In this document: piece after piece, positions 1-11,565 of the stretch | Layout of the letters: each line of letters begins with the position of its first letter | Position numbering within the stretch: position 1 is the stretch's first letter | Position numbers and translations under genes: made by a program | The notes under the pieces: model-generated | The model's database searches: none | What the model was told of the DNA's origin: nothing | The model's input: only the letters and a program-made list of their open reading frames with translations | Assembly: GCA_958009085.1 (NCBI GenBank) | Contig: OY253673.1 | Coordinates: 868,001-932,000, forward strand | Direction of reading: 5' to 3' | Source of the DNA: Protoeuglena noctilucae | Lineage: Eukaryota | Length of the DNA stretch: 64,000 nt

Positions 1-2322
1 CCGCCACCCACCCCCACCACGCGAGATGGACCGCACCCGAACCCCCCTCCACGCGCGCCTCTGCTGGCCCCGCCTCGAGCGTCATTGCTTGCTGGAAGTC
101 GGCAGGTTCCCAGGCTGCGAGCGGGGATGCGCTGCGGAGACGACGCGCGACCTGCGCGCGAGAATGGGACTTGCTCAGATGTGCCGGGGCAGGGCGGCCA
201 CTCCTGAGCTCCGTCTGGGGCGCGCTCGCGAGCGAGGCACCTCTCGCAGGCACCGAGCCAGGATGAACGGTGCTGTGGACTCGGGACCATCCCCGCGCCC
301 ATCGGCCCTCGCGCGGCCCTCGAGGTGAGCCGCGAGGCAAAGCTCTGCGGCCCCGGCGCCCGGCACGACCCAGGGGTGTTCGACGGCCGTCCGTAGCACG
401 TGGTGGGCCGCGTCTGCCGATGCCTGCAGCGCCGCGCCTGCGTATGGGGATCCATTCGGGGCTGATTGCCTCCAAGAGCTGATGAGACCGCAAAGACGCT
501 TCTCAACGAAGGCCAAGGCACGAATGACGCAACGGTTGGACCGGGCTGTGGTGCATGGGGCCCACCCCGATGGAGACGCAGCGAAGCGAAAGCAAAGCAA
601 CACACCGGCGGCCTCCGTGGGGGCGCAGCAGAGGAGCGTCAGGACGGGGCACGAGTCATCGTCGTCGCTTTCGGGCTGCTCCGACACCCGGCCCCACGGC
701 ACGATCCCGAGGAAGTCCCTCCCCGCCACGCGCCGCAGATACACGTGTGACGCTGCGCCGAGGCTGTCGCGGAGGGCGGGGCCCAGGGCGTGCTCGATAG
801 ACGGGAGAGGCACGGCGCCCGTGGCGCGCCTAAACGCGCCCACGTGCATCGCCGAGAGACGCTCGACTGGCAAAACGCCTCTCTTGCGGAGCGACTCCTG
901 GACCAAGGGATGGACTGTGATGGAAGAACAAACTCGCCAGTCCAATCCCCCGCATGCTTAAGAGCAAATCTCTGCTCCTGTCAAGGTCCCCTGTGCCCAG
1001 GCTGCAGCACAGGCGCCGCCTGCTCGACAGTTCGTGACACGCAGAGGACTGCTAGTAAAATCGCGGACTCACTGGTGCGTTGGCTGGCCACCACCCTGGC
1101 CCCCGCGGCGCAGAGAGCCTCGACTGCCGCGTGCAATGCCGCCAACTGCGCTGCCTCCGGCTGCGTATCCCCCGAGAGCATGTCGATAGAGGCGGCAGGG
1201 CCGAGGTGCCGAGGAGCTTGGTCCTCCGTGGCGGCAAGCACGTCGAGCGGGCAGGTGAAGAGCGCCACAAGGTACGGTGCGTCGGCAGGGCCCATGGGCA
1301 GCAGACGCTCGTGCCCGGATTCGATCCTCAGGCGGGACGGCGCCAGGACTCCAGGCAGAAGCACGCTGGCAGCCACGGCCCCTCCCGGGGCGGCCTGTGT
1401 GGCAGTATGGTGGCAGGCAACCATCCACAGCACGTTCCCGACAGGCGACAGCACGCCCATGCTTGCGCATGCTCACCAAGGTTCGGAGCCCGGAGGCCAC
1501 GTGCCCCGTGGCGGCGGTGCGGACGAAGCCCTCGACGACGAGCCGGGCCATCCGCTCCACACCTTCCACCCCAGCCACAGGAAGGACCTTAGGGCTCAGG
1601 ACGCCCCTGGCCAAGCCGAGCAGCACGTGCGCATTGCCCCAGTCGAGCTCAACGCACATTCGTCCCACGCCCGCGTCTGGTGGGGCGTCGAAGGCAGGCG
1701 ACGCATCGTGTCCCATTGCGGGCGCTGGATGCGCGCACTTGCCACAGCGCAGGCGGGGCGGACCGTCGGAGCGGCAAGCGAGGTCCGGCGGGACGAGGAG
1801 AGCCTCCACGACGTCGGCGTGGTGTCGCAGCGCTGCCAGACACCGTACCCGGAGCGGGCCTGGAGGGAACGCCGCCGACACCTCCTGCGCGAGGAACGTC
1901 ACGACGGGGTTGGGCACAAGAGCGATTACCGACACCGTCCAAAAGAATGGGCTGTCTAATCAGGAACCGCATTGGTGTGACCGTCTCCGTCATAGCAAGG
2001 GGCGCCGCACCTGGACGAGCGCGCATGCCAGAGACAGGGAGAGGTGCCCGCCATCGCGGAAGGCGTTGTGCTGGCTGATCGCAGTGGCATCCACGAGGCC
2101 CCGCAAGAGGGCGTTCTCCAGGCGCACGTGCCCAAAGACGTCCCCCGATGTCTTGGATAGCACGCAGTCCGGGTCCCCCTCCCGCGCGAGGGCCACCAAG
2201 CCACCCTGGGGCCCGTAGCACCGTCCGCCGATGTCCCGGAGGACGCGCGTCCCGTCCAAGACCCCTCGCTCCAGGTCATCCCCCGCCAGCCACCGCGGCG
2301 CGCCCCGGTCGGGGGCGGGCAT
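1..2322 (-). CDS. MKKS: MKKS/BBS6-like group II chaperonin paralog, multi-exon; 3' end runs off the window
   Basis: Several segments match human MKKS as I recall it. 'RCYGPQG...QHNAFRDGG' corresponds to 'SCYGPSG...QNHVSSFSDCG'. 'VELDWGNAHVLLGLARGVLSPK' corresponds to '[22 protein letters not shown]'. 'VHPLVQESLRKRGVLPVERLS...TGAVP' corresponds to '[21 protein letters not shown]...TGTQP'. 'AHHVLRTAVEHPWVVPGAGAAELCLAAHL' corresponds to '[29 protein letters not shown]'. Confidence 0.8.
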
Positions 2323-2348
2323 GGCACTCGCCCATAGCCTGCGAGGGA

Positions 2349-2803
2349 CTAGCGCCCTCGCCCCGCCTCGTCCGCCGGCATGGTCTCGAGCACCTCACGC
2401 AGCGCCTTGGCCAGGAGCCGCGCCGGTCGCTTGTGCTGCAGACCCTCCAGTTTCCGCACGGGGCGACCGCCGACCAGGACAACGAACGTGGGGACGGTCC
2501 TGGGGGCCTGAGGGGTCGCCTCCTAGTCGCACGCCGCGTGCACTTACATAACCGAGTCACAGACAGCCAGGGCTCTCACCGGACGTCCCAGGCCTCGTCC
2601 AGTGCGTCGAACGCGGGCTGAGCGAGGTCCACCGTGGCGAAGACGACGTTTCCTGAGAAGTAGTCGGCGAGAGATGCGTATTTGTCGGCAAAGCGCTGGC
2701 AGGGGACGCACCACTCAGCGGAGAATTCCACGCAAAGGGCCGTCGTATCCGCGGCAAGGCGACGCAAGTGCTCCACGCTCTCCACGTGCACAACGGAGCT
2801 CAT
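2349..2803 (-). CDS. Thioredoxin-family protein with WCVPC active site, 2 exons (2803-2580, 2499-2349)
   Basis: 'VEFSAEWCVPCQRF...VVFATVD...WDVR|TVPTFVVLVGGRPVRKLEG'. GT-AG intron at 2579-2500, cis-Pro motif 'VPTF', TAG at 2351-2349. Confidence 0.9.
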
Positions 2804-2984
2804 CCGGGCCAAGTGTGAGTACGCAGCAAGAGATCGCGAGGAGACCGCTGTGGAAGCAAGCAATTTCACTTCTCAAGGGCTCTGGCGTTTCAGGGCCTCC
2901 CCGGTTCCGGGCCCTCGACCGTCTGCGTCGGCGGCCCGCGTCTCCCTTTTCCCTTACCTGGGCCGGAGCAGGGACCTGGCGAAG

Positions 2985-4151
2985 ATGGTGAGCTGCCGCG
3001 GGAGGGCCACGGTCGGGCGGCTGCCGGGCCCGCTGGAGGGCTGGAGCGCCTCCCCGCCCTCGGCTGGGACTTCCTTTGCGTGCACGTGTCTTTGCCACGC
3101 CATGCGGTCTTGCGAGCGCTCGCATCCGTTTGCCGGGCCACGACCGGCGACTCCCTGCGTCGCCTGCGGGGTCGCTGACCCGCGCATGAAGCCGTGGCCA
3201 CGAGCATTGGTTCGAGGCTTTGTCTGAGCCTCAAGCCGTTGCCGCACGGCCGGGGATGTCGACGGCTGGCTGCCCTGGGTCGCGCGCGGCCCCAGGCCCC
3301 GCGTTAGGGTCCGCCAGTTATGTGTTTCGACGTGTACTATCTCCTGGTCCCCTGCGGCGTGGAGGAACCCGCGGCTGGGTGGCGCCTGGGCCGGTCATGC
3401 ACGCGGCGGTGGTCGCGGCCCAGCTCCGGGCCAGCGGACACTCCGTTGCCAATTTCCGTGCCTGGACGTTTCGCTGGGCTTTCACCTGTTTGCGGGGCCT
3501 GTGGCCGCCGCGACCGCGCCGCGGGTCCGCTCGAGAGGGCCTTTGCGTTGTCTGTGCCCGCAGCCGCGCCAGATTACCGAGATCAAGGACTTCCTCCTAA
3601 CGGCACGCCGTAAGGACGCCAAGTCCGTCAAGGTGAGGGTCCCGCGCGTCGGGGCCGGGCCCCGCGGCGCCCGCACACGGAGGGGCACACCTGGGAGGTG
3701 GTGTCGCCCCCTCCCTGCCGCCGCCGGCGTTCACGAGCCGGCCGCGAGACGCTCGCAGATCAAGAAGACGGCGGGCGTGATCAAGTTCAAGGTCCGGTGC
3801 TCGCGCTACCTGTACACGCTGTGCGTGGCGGACGCCGACAAGGCCGACAAGCTGAAGCAGTCCCTCCCCCCGGGTGCGTGCCACGGCGAGGAGGCCGTTG
3901 CCTTATTGCCATGTCATGCATGCCACACGGCATGTGTTAGTTGTCCCGTGGTGGCTCATGCTTCTGCTCCCAATGTCCCGTGGTGGCTCATGCTTCTGCT
4001 CCCAATGCTTGCAAGCCTCCCCAGGGTCCCCAGTGGGTGACAGCCAGCACAGGAGCCGACTATGGCGTGGGTGGCCCGCTGACCACCGCAGACCGTCGCA
4101 CCCTCCGCGCACGCAGGCCTCATGGTCCAGGACATCGACGCCAAGAAGTAA
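2985..4151 (+). CDS. RPL38: 60S ribosomal protein L38, 4 exons (ATG-only first coding exon 2985-2987, ~3564-3632, ~3759-3873, 4117-4151)
   Basis: '[73 protein letters not shown]'. Pyrimidine tract at ~2941-2955 upstream of the ATG. Confidence 0.97.
3942..4005. repeat. Perfect 32-bp tandem duplication in RPL38 intron 3
   Basis: tgtcccgtggtggctcatgcttctgctcccaa occurs at 3942-3973 and 3974-4005. Confidence 0.95.
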
Positions 4152-4877
4152 GGGGTTTGGCTGTGTTGTTTGGCTTGTGATGGTGGGGTGCCGGGTGGGG
4201 ATGGAGGTGGAGTTGGGAGAAATGGGTGTGCGCCCTCTCAGTTGCCGACCTTGCTGAGACGCGCGGGGTAGCAGGGAGCTCGGGATATGGGCGCATGACG
4301 ATGCCCTGGGGTGCATCTTCTGTGGCTTGAAGGGTGGTCTGGTCAGCGCTCTGCGACCGTCGTGCACCTATGCGCGCTTCAATGGCTGCATCGTGGTAGC
4401 CGGAGGCCCAGAGAGCGGCCGCCATGCGCGAGCCCGGTGAGGATGCTCTTCGCAGCGTTGCTGCATGGGCGATTGGCGCCCGCGCAGGGCCGATGCTTAC
4501 ATGCGTACCCGTGAAATCGATGGCGGGGCGCGGATTTCAGCGCGGGGCCCACGACCCGCGGGTCCGACTTCCAGAAACTCGGACGACTGCCTCCGCCCAG
4601 CCGTCGCGCCATACCATCGCTCGATGCCGCCAGTTCTCTTGATTGACGAGCAAGACTGTCCTCGCTGGATCTCAGAAAGGCTTTTCTGCTCTACAGGGCA
4701 CACAGCTGCTGCCCTCGACCCGCGGCCAGCGACGCCCGCTACCCCCGCTACCTGGTCGGTGGGTTCGACTCCTGGATCCCTGGGGCACCGCTCCTGCCCG
4801 TTAGGGCGCTTCATGCGCCCCCAGCACCCCGGACTGGGAACTTCGCCTGACGAGGCAGCGTGGCGGGGGCCGGGACG

Positions 4878-7800
4878 ATGTCGGGCGTCAAGGTGGAGAC
4901 CGACTCCGACTCGGACGATGGCATGACGCTGGCCCAGAAGAAGAAGGAGCTGGCGGCGCGGAAGGAGGCTGCGTCCGCCGGTGAGCCTTTGCAGCAGCGC
5001 TGCAGCCCCGACCGGACCGTTCTTCCAGCTCCTGCGCGCCGCAGCAATCTATGGCTTTGTTTCCAACAGCCTGCGCTGGGTGGGTCGTCGTAGAACTGCC
5101 CACGCTGCTGGCACTTGGCTCACAGTTCGGGCTTCGTCTTGAGGGCGCGCCCGGCGCCGAGCCTTCGCAATGTCCCTGGCATCTTTGATAGTACTGCGTA
5201 TAGACGGGCATGCGATGGGCGGCAAACTCTCACGCGCGGGCTCGCATCTGCAGGTCCCAGCGGCGCTAAGCCCCAGCTGCCGGTCCAGAAGGCCGGGGCG
5301 CCCAAGGCAGCCGCGCCCGCCACCACCGCGTCCAAGGCTTCTAACGGCGCGTCCGCGGCCGGCGCATCGGCGACGAAGGTGCAGGATGCGCGCTGGGAGA
5401 GGCCCTCGTCCTTGCAAAAGTCAGTGTGGACAGAGCAGACCAGCAACCGCCGTTCCTTGCGCGCAGACTGTGCGGCTGGAGGTTGCGAAGCCACCGAGCG
5501 CAGCGCCAAGCGGAGGAGACGCTTTTGGGAAGCCCGCAGCCGAGGGGCGCGCCGACGCTGTGGCGCCCGGTGGGCCGGGCGAGCCATCCGCTGCAGCGGA
5601 GGCCCCGGCGGCCTCGGACGCCGCACCGGACGGGGAGGCGCAGGCGCCCGCGAAGGCCGCGGCCCCGGGAGGCGCTGGAGCGGGGAAGCCGGGGGCACCG
5701 CCGGCCAAGCCGGTCCCCAAGGGCGGCATCAAGCGCCCGGCGCAGCCTTCGTCCTCGGAGCCGGCGGCGAAGAAGTCTGCGGTCGCGGTGAAGCGGACGC
5801 GCCCGGCGAAGAAGCAGTCGAGCAGCGAGGAGAGCTCCAGCGACGACAGCTCCAGCGACGACTCTGGCTCGTCGTCATCCGGCAGCGGGTCGTCGAGCTC
5901 GTCGAGCGGGAGCGGGAGCGACAGCAGCGACAGCAGCAGCGGTGACAGCGACAGCAGCGACGACGACGTGCCGTTGGCGCGGCGCAAGGCCGCCGTCCAG
6001 GCCAAGGCGAAGTCGAAGGCGAAGTCGAAGGGCAAAGCGGAGGGCGAGGGGAGGAGGAGGGCCAGGGCAGCGGCGGAGCCGAGGGGTCGACGGCGGAGGA
6101 ACGAGGGCGGCGGGGACGACCAGAACAGGTGAGGCCTCACGAGCTCGGCCGGGGCTTTGGTGCGGTCTCTTGGTGGCAGTGCGACTGCTGGCTGCACGTC
6201 TGTTTGCGTCAGATATGCTAAACTGAGCTGCACCACCGCTGCGTCGCTGTGGTGGCAGCACGCCCAGTGCCACCCCGTCGCCCTTTCATGTGCACCCTGG
6301 CTCGGCCTTCCTGCAGGGAGGAGCCGAAGTGGGAGTTCCAGCTGGAGCACAACGGGGTGCTCTTCCCGCCCGAGTACGAGCCGCACGGCATTCCGATCCT
6401 CTACGACGGCGAGCCGGTCGAGCTGAGCCCGGAGGCCGAGGAGGTGGCGACCATGTTTGCGGCCATGAGAGAGTCGGACTACATGAACAAGCACACGTTC
6501 CGCAAGAACTTCTGGGAGGACTGGAAGGCCGTCCTGGGCCCGCGCCACGTCATTAAGGCGAGGGACGGACGCGCTGTAGTGGGGCTGCCGGCGGGGCGCA
6601 GTGATGCTGCAAGCCTCCCGTGCGACGCTGGGGCGACTGCTCGCCGTTCGAGGCAGCAGCGGCTGGTGCGCGATCACGATAGTCACCCTGGGTCACCAGC
6701 GCATGGGTGCCATCCAGCGCCGCTGACGGGCGCCCGCCACGCTTTGCCCAGGACCTCTCGAAGTGCGACTTCCTGCCCATCTACGAGTACCTCACGGGCC
6801 GGAGAGAAGCCAAGAAGACCATGCCCGCGGAGGAGAAGAAGCAGATTCAGCAGGAGAGGGAGCAGGCCGAGGCGCGGTTCAAGTTCGCCATCATCGACGG
6901 GAGGAAGGAGCGCATCGGGAACTTCAGGTGAGGGCCGCGGCAGGGCCGGTTGGGTACTGCAGGCGGCCGCAGGGGACCCTCAGGGCGCGCATCGCCTCAG
7001 GGCACGCATCGCACGGGTCGCGCCATCGGGCCATGAAGTCGTGCGCCTGAGTGGGCCGCTGACGCTCTGACACTCTGGCCCACGGGCCCCTCCCCCTCTC
7101 AGGGTCGAGCCCCCCGGTCTGTTCCGGGGCCGCGGGGAGCACCCGAAGATGGGCAAGTTGAAGAAGCGCATCTACCCCCGCGACGTGACGCTCAACCTCT
7201 CCGAGAACGCCCCGGTGCCGCCGTCGCCGTACCCCGACCAGACGTGGAAGGAGGTCGTGAGCAACAAGCACGTCACGTGGCTGGCGTACTGGAAGGACCC
7301 CATCCTCTCGCGAGGGTACAAGTATGTGCACCTCGCCGCTGACTCGGCGTGGAAGGGCAAGTCCGACCGGGAAAAGTACGAGAAGGCGCGGGAGCTCAAA
7401 AGCCGCATTGAGGAGATTCGCCGAATCTACACGGAGAGCTTCCGTTCGGAAGACCGCAAGGAGGCGCAGATCGCGGTTGCGATCTACTTTATCGACAAGC
7501 TGGCCCTGCGTGCGGGCCACGAGAAGGACGAGGACGAGGCCGACACGGTGAGAGCCGGGCGGGCGCGCGATCTCAGCTCCGCGGGCGGCTGTCCTGGCGG
7601 GGCTGCGCTGCGGTGCCTGGCCGCGACGGCGGGGCTTCGCTCGCCCCTCGCCGCAGGTGGGCTGCTGCACGCTGCGGTGCGAGCACGTGGACATCGAGCC
7701 CGGTAACAGCAACCGCATCAAGCTGCAGTTCCTGGGCAAGGACTCGATGATGTACGAGAACACGTTTGAGGTGGACCCGGTGGTGCACGACTTGGTCATG

Positions 7801-8579
7801 GGGTGGGTCAGCGGGGACGCCAAGGGCAAGTCGAAGCGGCCCAACGACCCGCTCTTCGACGCCTTCTCTGCCGGCGACCTCAACCAGTACCTGGGGAAGT
7901 GCATGGTCGGCCTCACGGCCAAGGTGTTCCGCACCTTCAACGCGTCGGCGACGCTGGACCGCCTGCTGGTCGAGTCCGAGCGTCGGATGGACGAGAACAC
8001 GAACCTGGAGGCCAAGCTGGCGGCGTACAACATGGCCAACAAGGAGGTGGCCATCCTGTGCAACCACCAGCGGTCGGTGCCCAAGGGCCACGCGCAGCAG
8101 ATGGCGAAGCTCGACGAGAGCATCCAAAAGGCGGAGGAGGAGCTGAAGAAGGCGGAAGACGAGCTGGAGGCGATGCAGGAGGACAAGGAGTACGTGAAGA
8201 AGGGGGGTAAGAACAACAAGGTCGAGGCGGCCCGGAAGCGCGTGAACCAGAAACGGGAGAAGCTGGGGATCCTCAAGAGCCGGCGGACGGTGCGGGAGAA
8301 CCTGAAGACGGTGGCCCTGGGCACTTCCAAGGTGAGGGTGGGGGACACTGGGCCGACCAATGTGGGCATGGGCAGTGGGAGGGGGCGGGGGCGGCCAGGG
8401 CTGGGCTTGGGCGAGCTTCAGCGCTCGGCCGCGCCCCGCTGCAGATCAACTACATGGACCCCCGCATCACGGTCGCGTGGTGCAAGCGGAACGAGGTCCC
8501 TCTGGAGAAGATCTTCAACCGGTCCCTGCTCGCCAAGTTCAATTGGTGCCTGGACGTGGAGCCCGAGTTTCGATTCTGA
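4878..8579 (+). CDS. TOP1: DNA topoisomerase I (type IB), multi-exon, with Ser/Asp/Lys-rich N-terminus
   Basis: '[15 protein letters not shown]', '[27 protein letters not shown]', '[13 protein letters not shown]', 'ADTVGCCTLR', '[12 protein letters not shown]', 'VAILCNHQR', catalytic '[13 protein letters not shown]', terminal 'FRF*'. Confidence 0.98.
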
Positions 8580-9287
8580 GTACCCGGGGCCTCCGCCGGG
8601 GCTAAGGGACGCGCTCGGGTGCAAAGCGCCGCTGCACATGTATCGAGGGCATGCGGGACGTGCGCTGGCCTGCTGTGCCGCGCACTTGAGGAGCCGTTCT
8701 GTCAGGCGGGGCGCCCTGGGCCGTGGGGCAGCGATCCAATCCACCGCGCCATCGCGCGCCCGGGACCTGCGCAGATGTGTCCGGTCGCTCGTGAACTCTG
8801 CTTTGCCGGGCTTCTGAGCGCGGCCAGCACGGTGCAGCACATCCCACCTGACACGCGAGTGGAAGAAGACGCACCGGTGAAGGGAGGAAGCCTTCACGCG
8901 GCCCTTGGCAGTTTCCGGTCGCAGAGTCTCAGGATTGGCGCACTTGAACCGCAAGGGCCGCACGAATCCGCTGCAGCTGGTGAGCGGGAAGGGCTCGCTG
9001 CCCTGCCGTCGCAGCAAAGAGTCGCATTCCACTGTTCCACACGAATTGACGATTCAAGCGGATGGAGACGTCGATCGGCCCCGGGCGCGCCGAGTCCGGG
9101 CCAAACGTCCGAAGTCACATGCATTCTGGCCTCCGTCGTGACCCTTCCACGCGACGGCATAATCCAGATTATCCATGCACACGTGGTTGATTTCGATCGC
9201 GTGCGCGCCGCAGGTGGTCTCAGTTCGCCAGCATCGGGATCATTGACCTCCCGCCTCCTCGCCTGCAGGCCCAGGCCCACACCAGAC

Positions 9288-11183
9288 ATGCTCTGGTACA
9301 CGAAGGTGCGCAACGCACATGCAGGATGCCGGCACGTGCGCTTGCATGCACTTGCAGCGACTCGCACGGTCGCGGGCATCCGTGCACGCAGAAAAACAGC
9401 GATGCGTCGACAACAGCGGGCGCCGACTCGTTCGCGACGCTCGGGGATGTGCTGAAGCACCAGACCCATGATTTTACGAAGATGCGCAAGCGGAGGGTCC
9501 TCGGTCAGGGCGCATTCGGGACGGTGCTGCTCATGGAGGAGAGCAACCCAGGCGGTGTGAAGTCGATCGCCGTCAAAGTCCTCAACCCAAACGCGCTGGA
9601 CGTCAACAATCTCCGCTTCTTTCTCTCTGAGGCCAAGTGCGGGTCACACTGCCGCGCACCGGCCAACGCGGCCACGCGTTAGTGCTGCGTATGCCCATGC
9701 TCTGCCCGGCACCCCTCCGCAGGCTCCTCCAGCAGCTCAACCACCCGTACATCGTCTCGTTCGAGGGCTTCGGTTCCATGAACAGCGCCGAGAGCATCGA
9801 CCCCAGCACGCCCCTGGAGGGGCTTCAGACAGAGGTGCACAGTTGCGCCCTTGGATGCCCGGCTTGCTGTCGTCTCGCTGCCTTCCCTGAGACCCCAGCT
9901 GCCCTTCTGCGCCGCAGTCCATCTTCCTGGCTCAGGAGTACATGGCCGGCGGCATCCTTCGGGAGGTCATTGCCAAGAAGATGTCCTCCCCGCGCTCACT
10001 TGTTTACACCTGGTGACCATCCATTGTGACTGGCGAGCACTGTCTGACCGTTAAGTTGACCCGTCGCCTTCACTGCGCCTCTCTTCCCCCGCGCAGGACG
10101 GACGTCTTCCGTTGGTTCCTCGGCCTCGCCCAGGGCATGGCGTACCTGCACGCCCAGAGCCCCGCCATCGTGCACCGGGACTTGAAGCCGGAGAACATCC
10201 TCTTCTCAAGCAAAGACCTCAAGACGGCCGACGCAAAGATCGCGGACTTTGGGCTGTCCAAGGGCATCAAGAGCCGCGCCGAGAGGGACAAGGAGGGATC
10301 GGTGAGCGGCTGGCGCGGCCGGAGGCGGGAAGACATCGCCGGGAGGGTGTGGCAGCGAGCAGCGGTGTTAGCAGCGCCCGGAAAGCTCGACCCATTCCTC
10401 AACGCAGCGAAGGGTCGCACCGTTTGGCGTGTCCACCTCCAACCTCAGCGGCAAGAACCTTTGGCCCAAGTCAGAGCGGTCCCAGCGGCTCCTCATGAAA
10501 ATCCAGGCGACGAGCCCTGCCCACCGTGCTTTGCAAGATCGAGTCATGACCAGCCTAGTTGCCTAACTTGCAGGCGTGCTGTGTTGCACCCGCAGACCTC
10601 CAAGTTCAGCTACACTGCGGTCGACGCCACGGGCAACACGGGCAGCAAGATGTACATGTGAGGGTGCGCAGTCGCAGTGTTGCTTGCTTCTACCTTGGCA
10701 CAGGCCCAGGTGTGCGCCGTATCTCACCCTCACCCCATGGAAGTGCCCCCAGGGCCCCGGAGGTGTACAACTCGCTGCCGTACAATGAGAAGGCCGACGT
10801 CTTTGCGTACGGGGTCATCCTGTTCGAGACCCTGAAGGGAGAGATCCGCTCGGCCCTGTTCTTGTCGGGCCAGCCGTGGGAGGCCGAGAAGTACGCGACA
10901 GACGTCGCAGGAGGCTACCGCCGCCCCATCCCGGACGAGTGGCCGGAGGAGGTCAAGGTGGGGTGCTGTTCAAGGCATGCAGGTGGGGCAACAGATGGTA
11001 GTCGCCGACGAAGTCGTGGCACGGCCCTCGCAGATGCTCATCGCACAGCTGTGGGCCCAAGAGCCGTCCGAACGACCCAGCATGCAGCGCGTCGTGTCCT
11101 TCCTCGAGTCTTTCATTGCCGAGCGCATCCCGCAGGAGTGGGACGACGCCCACGTCAGGAAGGGGTGCTTTGGCGCGCAATAG
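9288..11183 (+). CDS. TKL-type Ser/Thr protein kinase (tandem copy 1); start approximate
   Basis: 'LGQGAFGTV', 'IAVKVL', '[10 protein letters not shown]', 'KIADFGLSK', 'TGSKMYM|APEV', '[13 protein letters not shown]', 'PSERPSM'; ends KGCFGAQ*. Confidence 0.92.
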
Positions 11184-11565
11184 CGCGGAGATACCGCATT
11201 GGGTTGCCCCCGGTTTCCAGCGCCAGTGCATTTGTTCAATCGCCGACGGATTTCGGCCTTGCTGTTCCATCATCGTGCCATGTATTGAATTAATGGCAGA
11301 GATTTGGGGTAGGGGCTGACGTGCGGGCGCTCGAACAGGCCCACGCGGCCAACGACAGGTGCGTGGGGGAAGTGCCTCTGCGGCTCGAGCAGCCAATCAA
11401 TCGTACCGCGATCGACGCCCCTTGCTTTTTGTTACCTATGTTACGCAGGTTACGCTAACTTTTACGGCAGAGATGACCTCCTAGCTTCGACATAGACGTG
11501 CGTCTCAAATCAAGCCTCGGGCCGAGCATAGCGCCGGTGTCGCACCGCACCGCTGCACGCCTGTA

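Noticed and set aside
2952..2962. 'cttacctgg' resembling the U1 snRNA 5' end
   Set aside because: It lies in the RPL38 5' leader, and no U1 stem-loops or Sm site follow.
5810..6040. Repetitive agcagc/gacagc and aaggcgaagtcg runs
   Set aside because: These encode the ordinary low-complexity Ser/Asp and Lys/Ala N-terminus of TOP1, not an array or mobile element.
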